IMG/VR virus record: IMGVR_UViG_3300028805_000080 | DNA: 64,000 nt | Origin: a virus | Taxonomy: Duplodnaviria > Heunggongvirae > Uroviricota > Caudoviricetes | Direction: 5' to 3' (one strand) | Part shown: one piece after another, positions 58,769 to 64,000 of the stretch | Position numbering within the stretch: the first letter of the stretch is position 1 | Layout of the letters: the number at the start of each line of letters is the position of its first letter | The notes under the pieces: model-generated | The model's database searches: none | Told to the model about the DNA's origin: nothing | The model's input: the letters and a program-made list of their open reading frames with translations, nothing else | Made by a program: the position numbers and the translations under genes

Positions 58769-59403
58769 TGCAATATAGAAGTAAATATTTAGAAATCAAT
58801 ATAAAGAAAAAGCAACATTTAGCTTTTGAGTTTATGCCTTATGGATTTGGATATGATAATCCATTATTAATAATTAAATTATTCATTATATCATTTTACA
58901 TTACATTACCATTTAAGATTAAAGAAAAAGATAGTGATATTAGTTATGGATTTATATTCTATGATTTAGATCATCCGCATTGGTGGCCAGATTGCCTACG
59001 AATTTCATTTGGAAATTATAGTAAGTCTTATGATATGCCTTGGCTATTAGTATTATTTGATACCCAATATGAATCTAATTTTGTTAAAGGAAATATTCAT
59101 TTAAAAGATACTAATAAAAATGATAATATATTTAAACAATCAGCAAGAATATTATTAAATAATGGAAATTCATTAGGGCTTAAATATTATAAAGAAACAA
59201 GAATCTTAAAAATGAAACCATTTGGGCATTATATAGAATTTAGGAAAAAAATTTTAAATGTATTAAATATAGAATATAATGAGCCAAATTATGATATAAG
59301 TGATAAAGGAAGAACTTTTGATATGATATTTTTTAATAAGAATGAAACTACACAAGAAGCTTTTGAAAGATATTGTAAAAAATATAATTTAAAATTAATA
59401 TAA
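58768..59403 (+). CDS. Hypothetical protein.
   Basis: ORF only. Confidence 0.3.
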   Translation: MQYRSKYLEINIKKKQHLAFEFMPYGFGYDNPLLIIKLFIISFYITLPFKIKEKDSDISYGFIFYDLDHPHWWPDCLRISFGNYSKSYDMPWLLVLFDTQYESNFVKGNIHLKDTNKNDNIFKQSARILLNNGNSLGLKYYKETRILKMKPFGHYIEFRKKILNVLNIEYNEPNYDISDKGRTFDMIFFNKNETTQEAFERYCKKYNLKLI

Positions 59404-59487
59404 AAGGAGACTTAATCAAGTTTCCTTTTATTTTTTATAAGAATTAAACTATATTAAATATACTTAAATTTTAAATATTGAATATTA

Positions 59488-61380
59488 ATGGCAAAGAAGA
59501 TTGAAGAGAAATATCAAGAGTTATCTGAAGTACAGCATATTCTTCAACGTCCTGGCATGTGGGTAGGATCAACAAAGTCTGAAGAAAAGGATGCATTCAT
59601 ATATAATAGTAAGACAGGTAAATTTGAAATGAAAATCATCAATTATATTCCTGCGATGTCGAAAGTAGTAGATGAAGTTATATCAAATTCTGTAGATGAA
59701 TTCAGACGTAAAGATAATATGGGTCTCACTGAGCTTTATGTAAAGATTGATAAAAATACCGGAGAAATCATTGTAAGAGACAATGGTGGCATTCCTATTG
59801 TAAAACATAAAGAAGTAGGTATTTATATTCCTGAGTTTATATTTGGACGTTTAAGAACATCTTCAAACTATGATGATACTGAAGATAGAAATGTAATTGG
59901 CACAAATGGAGTTGGTGTAAAAATTGCAAATATTTTTTCTACTAAATTTGAAGTAATATCTGCAGATGGCAAAAATGAGTTTCATCGTTCATGGTCAAAT
60001 AATATGGAGACATTGAATAATGATCTTAAAATTACAAAATGTGGAAAGAAGACTCATTATACTCAAACACGTTTTAAATTAGATTTTAGTAGATTTGAAA
60101 CAGAATTGGCAACTTTTGATAATGATTTCATTAATATAATTCATAAAAGATGTATTGATGCCGCAGCAGCTAATCCTGGACTTAAAGTAACATTCAATAG
60201 TGGTGATGAAGATATAGAATGGAAATTTAAGAAACTTGATGAATATATTGATCTTTATTCTAATCTTTTGAATATTTCTGATAAGATTCCATTTGAAAAT
60301 AATTTGTGTACTGCATATATATTTCCAGATAGTTCAGTAGATATTGGTTTTGTAAATGGTGCGGAATGTTCAAAAGGTACACATATGAGAGCATTACGAA
60401 ATGAGATTAATCAAACTATTGTAGAATATATTACTAAAAAAGATAAAATCAAAGATTTGACAACTCGTGGAGTAGATAATAAGTATAGTGTATTTATAAA
60501 TATCAATGTATCAAATCCTAGCTACGATTCACAAACTAAAGATACGTTGACTACTCCTATTGATAAATTCTCAAAAGATGAAAATATTAAATGGGAAGTA
60601 AATGAAAAATTCTTAAATAAAATTATTAAATCAGAAATTGTAGAATTAGTTCGTGACTGGTATAAACAAAAAACTGCAGCAGAAGATGAAAAAGCATTAA
60701 GAAAAATCAATAGAGAGTCTAGTAAAGGATTAAATCGACCAGATAAATATATTACTTGTTCTTCAAAAAGAAAATCAGAAAGACAACTTTGGATATTTGA
60801 GGGAGATTCTGCAAAATCTGGTCTAAGAGGTGGAAGAAATCCGGAAATTCAAGCAGGCTTGATTATGAGAGGTGTACCATTGAATTGTTATGGTATGACC
60901 CCAGTACAGATTATGAAAAATGAAGTATTTAATGATATTGTAACAGTACTTGGTCTTAAATGGGGTAAAGAATTTAATATTGAAGATCTTAATTTTGGCA
61001 AGATTGTAATAGCTACAGATGCTGATGTTGATGGAGATAAGATTGCAAGTCTTCTTTTAGTTTTCTTTAATAATTGGCCTGAACTATTTGAAAAAAATAT
61101 TGTATGTAGAAATATTTCACCTATTATTATTTCTAGAAAAGGAAAAGATTGTAAGAAATTTTATAATATTGAAGAATTTAAAGAAGCTGAAAAGAAACTT
61201 AAAGGATATTCACATAAATATGTAAAAGGTCTTGGTGGTCTTTCAAATCAAGAGTCAAAGGAAATGTATCAAGAGCCAAAATTTATGTATTTCAAAAAAG
61301 ATGAAGCTGCAGATAGTATGTTTAGAAAATGGTTTGCAAAGGGAGATGCAGAAACAAGAAAGAAGATGCTAAATTCATAA
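59488..61380 (+). CDS. Type II DNA topoisomerase ATPase/TOPRIM subunit (T4 gp39-like / GyrB-like).
   Basis: GHKL ATPase 'VDEVISNSVDE...VRDNGGIP...GTNGVGVK'. TOPRIM 'LWIFEGDSAKSG' and 'ATDADVDGDKI'. Confidence 0.8.
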   Translation: MAKKIEEKYQELSEVQHILQRPGMWVGSTKSEEKDAFIYNSKTGKFEMKIINYIPAMSKVVDEVISNSVDEFRRKDNMGLTELYVKIDKNTGEIIVRDNGGIPIVKHKEVGIYIPEFIFGRLRTSSNYDDTEDRNVIGTNGVGVKIANIFSTKFEVISADGKNEFHRSWSNNMETLNNDLKITKCGKKTHYTQTRFKLDFSRFETELATFDNDFINIIHKRCIDAAAANPGLKVTFNSGDEDIEWKFKKLDEYIDLYSNLLNISDKIPFENNLCTAYIFPDSSVDIGFVNGAECSKGTHMRALRNEINQTIVEYITKKDKIKDLTTRGVDNKYSVFININVSNPSYDSQTKDTLTTPIDKFSKDENIKWEVNEKFLNKIIKSEIVELVRDWYKQKTAAEDEKALRKINRESSKGLNRPDKYITCSSKRKSERQLWIFEGDSAKSGLRGGRNPEIQAGLIMRGVPLNCYGMTPVQIMKNEVFNDIVTVLGLKWGKEFNIEDLNFGKIVIATDADVDGDKIASLLLVFFNNWPELFEKNIVCRNISPIIISRKGKDCKKFYNIEEFKEAEKKLKGYSHKYVKGLGGLSNQESKEMYQEPKFMYFKKDEAADSMFRKWFAKGDAETRKKMLNS

Positions 61381-61438
61381 AATAAAGGTAGACTTAAATC
61401 TACCTTTTTATATTTTATTATATAATTTAATTCATATA

Positions 61439-62098
61439 TTAAATCTTATAGAATACTCCTGTATTTAATGCTGTCATATTATTAATATGTTCTTTGTAAA
61501 ATTTTAAATCATCATAATTAAAAAAATCTTTTATCATTTTAAAGTTTCCACATTTACAATATAATGATGTTACTCGTTTATCTTTACCATGTGCACATAT
61601 ATAAATTTTATGTTCTTTCTTACACATTTCTTTTAATTTTTCAAAAAACACTTTAATTGTCGCAATAGGACTAATATCTAATTCTTTTGAATTATCAGGT
61701 AACATTTCTAAATAAGTAACATATATAGATTTTTCTAAAAATGCTGAAGGACTAATATTTGTATTACGTATTATAGGTCTACTAAATATTTCATATATAA
61801 ATTTACAATAAAATTGAAGTATTTTATCATTTTTATATTTAATATATGTCTTCTCAGTATTTATAAAATCAAATATTGCAAAAATACCAATACATTTATT
61901 TTTATACATCATTTTATAATGTTGAGAATCTTCCCAATATGGTAATTCTGAAGAATCATTCACTCCTAATTTTTTGAATCCATCATTATGATTTAATATT
62001 TTTTCAGCATCATTATGTGACATTTGTTCTATTTTAAATTCTTTTGATAATTCATTTGATAGAATTGATTCTAATATATATTGTACTAATGAAACCAT
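61439..62098 (-). CDS. Hypothetical protein on the opposite strand between the two topoisomerase genes.
   Basis: ORF only. Confidence 0.3.
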   Translation of the reverse strand: MVSLVQYILESILSNELSKEFKIEQMSHNDAEKILNHNDGFKKLGVNDSSELPYWEDSQHYKMMYKNKCIGIFAIFDFINTEKTYIKYKNDKILQFYCKFIYEIFSRPIIRNTNISPSAFLEKSIYVTYLEMLPDNSKELDISPIATIKVFFEKLKEMCKKEHKIYICAHGKDKRVTSLYCKCGNFKMIKDFFNYDDLKFYKEHINNMTALNTGVFYKI

Positions 62099-62176
62099 AT
62101 ATTAATTATTTCTATTTTTATAAAAATAAAATTAAATATATTTGAACTATATTTATATAATATTTATATATTAAAC

Positions 62177-63559
62177 ATGGATAAAATACAAAAGAGAACT
62201 ATAACAAATTTTCTTAATACAGAATATCTTAATTATGCATTTTCTGTATTAGAAGAACGTGCTATTCCTTCAGTCATTGATGGATTCAAGCCTGGAGCAC
62301 GTAAGATAATGCATGCAAGTCTTGCTGGTACAACAAAAGATGGTAAATTATATAAATTGTTAGCATTGTCTGGAGATGCAATGAGAGTATCATTATATGC
62401 ACATGGTGATCAATCACTTAATGATACAATTGTAAGAATGTGTAGAACATTTACAGATAACTTAAACCCACTTGAATCTGATTCACAAGTAGGATCATTG
62501 AGAGATCCTGACTCAGCTGGTGCTCCTCGTTATCTTTATGTTAAGCATTCAAAGTATATGAATCTTATTTATAAGATTGATTATGATTTGTTAGATTTTG
62601 TATTTGAAGAAGGACAATATGTTGAACCTATGACATATCTTCCAATTATTCCAACAATATTATGCAAGAATAATATTGGTGTTGCTGTTGGCTATTCAAT
62701 GCACAATCAAGCATATGATCCAATTGATATTATTGATGCTTGTAAAGATGTATTAAATTGTCGAGCTGATAAGAAAGATAAGATAAAGACTTTAATAAGA
62801 CCATATATAAAAGGTATTAAAAAAGAAAATTGGAGATTTGAAGAAGGTAATTGGTATAATTATGGTGAATGGAAATTAAATCAATCAAAAGATTTAATGA
62901 TTGTAACTGATTTACCTGCTGATGTTTCTTATGAAGATTTTGAGAAGCTCCTTAATAAGTTTAAAGAAGAAGATTATATTAAAATGTGGAAAAATAAATC
63001 TACTGATGGTGGAGTTAATTATGAAATAACATTTTCAAAGAAACAACTTTCAATTGAAATGAAAAAAGATCGTTCAGGAAAACGAATTGCAAATAAATTC
63101 AAGTTGATAAAGCAAGTTCCTGATGATTTACTTTGGCTGCTTGATGAAAATCATAAGTTGAAGAATTTCCAAAATAAGAATGAAGTAATTGAATATTTTG
63201 TTTCTTATCGTCTTGGAATCTATACCGAAAGAAAAAAGAAAATGGTTAAGATTCTTGAAGAAAGAATCAAGAAGAATGATGAGTTAGTCAAGTTTATTGA
63301 ATTAGTATGTAAAGGAAAACTTAAAATTCGTAATCGTAATAAAAAAGATATTAAAGTAGATATGGATAATTACAAACTTCCTATGGAATTGATTACTACT
63401 CCAATGTCTAAAGTAACTATTGAAGAACGAGATGAATTATTACGTCAAAATCAAGAAATGAAAAAAGAACTTGAATATATTAAGAATACAACTGAGAAAC
63501 AAATGTATATTAATGATTTGAATAGCCTTAGAAAAGAAATTGAAAAAGATTTTAAATAA
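62177..63559 (+). CDS. Type II DNA topoisomerase breakage-reunion subunit (T4 gp52-like / GyrA N-terminal-like).
   Basis: 'LEERAIPSVIDGFKPGARKIM' (GyrA N-terminal pattern). A probable catalytic Tyr region 'RYLYVK' (residues 118-123). Confidence 0.7.
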   Translation: MDKIQKRTITNFLNTEYLNYAFSVLEERAIPSVIDGFKPGARKIMHASLAGTTKDGKLYKLLALSGDAMRVSLYAHGDQSLNDTIVRMCRTFTDNLNPLESDSQVGSLRDPDSAGAPRYLYVKHSKYMNLIYKIDYDLLDFVFEEGQYVEPMTYLPIIPTILCKNNIGVAVGYSMHNQAYDPIDIIDACKDVLNCRADKKDKIKTLIRPYIKGIKKENWRFEEGNWYNYGEWKLNQSKDLMIVTDLPADVSYEDFEKLLNKFKEEDYIKMWKNKSTDGGVNYEITFSKKQLSIEMKKDRSGKRIANKFKLIKQVPDDLLWLLDENHKLKNFQNKNEVIEYFVSYRLGIYTERKKKMVKILEERIKKNDELVKFIELVCKGKLKIRNRNKKDIKVDMDNYKLPMELITTPMSKVTIEERDELLRQNQEMKKELEYIKNTTEKQMYINDLNSLRKEIEKDFK

Positions 63560-63560
63560 T

Positions 63561-64000
63561 ATGAAACTAATTAATTGTTTAGGAAAAGATTTTGATAATG
63601 CTTGTTTTAATTTAGCAAGTGATATGATTTCTCATGGAGCAATTCCAGATATTATTATAGGAGTAGCAACAGGAGGATCACATGTAGCTCTTAGAGTATT
63701 TAATTATATGAAAGTCTCTAATCCACATATTAAATATTGTGAGGTGACTATACAACGTCCATATACATTATTCATGAAGAATATAGGAATCAAGAAAATA
63801 TTTAAGATAATTCCTAAATGGCTATTAGATCAAATACGAATTTGGAATATTAATATACATGAATATTTTTATGAGCATATTAATAAGAATACAAAAAGAA
63901 AAGGTAATATATTTATACCAAACAATATAACAGATATAATTAATGGAAAAGATCCAATTCATATTATGCTTATTGATGATACTGTTGATAGTGGGACAAC
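63561..64000 (+). CDS. Type-I phosphoribosyltransferase-fold protein (3'-partial; runs off the window).
   Basis: 'DIIIGVATGGSHVAL' hood/flexible-loop-like segment. PRPP-binding motif 'IMLIDDTVDSGT'. Confidence 0.45.
   Translation, partial: MKLINCLGKDFDNACFNLASDMISHGAIPDIIIGVATGGSHVALRVFNYMKVSNPHIKYCEVTIQRPYTLFMKNIGIKKIFKIIPKWLLDQIRIWNINIHEYFYEHINKNTKRKGNIFIPNNITDIINGKDPIHIMLIDDTVDSGT

Noticed and set aside
1-64000. Alternative genetic code (stop-codon recoding), as seen in some large gut phages.
   Set aside because: Long uninterrupted ORFs on both strands under the standard code. Genes abut with sensible stops. No module is fragmented by recurrent in-frame TAG or TGA.
1-64000. CRISPR arrays, integrase/transposase/IS elements, rRNA.
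   Set aside because: No regularly spaced direct repeats with spacers. No recombinase or transposase motifs. No rRNA-like conserved segments.
1-64000. Bacterial chromosomal (host) origin for the window, because of dnaK, dnaJ, nadE and gyrB/gyrA-like genes.
   Set aside because: The gyrase-like genes are short, T4-type split topo II subunits. The window also contains gp25-like baseplate genes, collagen/Big_2 fibre genes, CTS-tagged proteins and a RuvC-like resolvase. Extreme gene density with ATGA coupling is typical of phage.

Overview
This window is a very AT-rich (~27% GC), densely packed stretch of a large dsDNA phage genome, not a bacterial chromosome; the phage is probably a jumbo/T4-like myovirus. 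The evidence is the following set of genes: a T4-type topoisomerase II split into gp39-like and gp52-like genes, a gp25-like baseplate wedge gene, Big_2/collagen-like/LRR tail-fibre genes, a phage sigma-70 family factor, a RuvC-like resolvase, and many tiny translationally coupled genes with ATGA overlaps. Layout: 1-23.2 kb is + strand (a replication SF2 helicase, an NAD/nucleotide metabolism block of IMPDH/GMPR-like, NadE and NMNAT genes, many small unknowns, an SPFH lipoprotein, an XPD/DinG-like FeS helicase, two DUF4406-like paralogs, RuvC, a GT31 glycosyltransferase). 23.2-37.4 kb is - strand (an array of >=10 diverse proteins that all begin with a T4 internal-protein-like capsid targeting sequence 'MK-x-I-x-EF-I-x-E', an AAA+ ATPase, and a gp25-like baseplate module). 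37.5-47.7 kb is + strand (Nudix, a large G/S-linker protein with a PAP2 acid-phosphatase domain, a compact FNT-family channel, DnaK-Hsp20-DnaJ). 48.3-54.4 kb is - strand tail fibres. 54.5-64 kb is + strand (a macro domain, the sigma factor, the two topo II genes, and a 5' fragment of a type-I phosphoribosyltransferase that runs off the window). The most striking candidate system is the tagged array of capsid-targeted (probably injected) proteins, next to a scattered NAD+/ADP-ribose metabolism toolkit (NadE, NMNAT, Nudix, macro, PRTase). No rRNA, tRNA, CRISPR, integrase or transposase was recognised. Coordinates I derived by hand, not from the ORF track, may be off by 1-2 nt.
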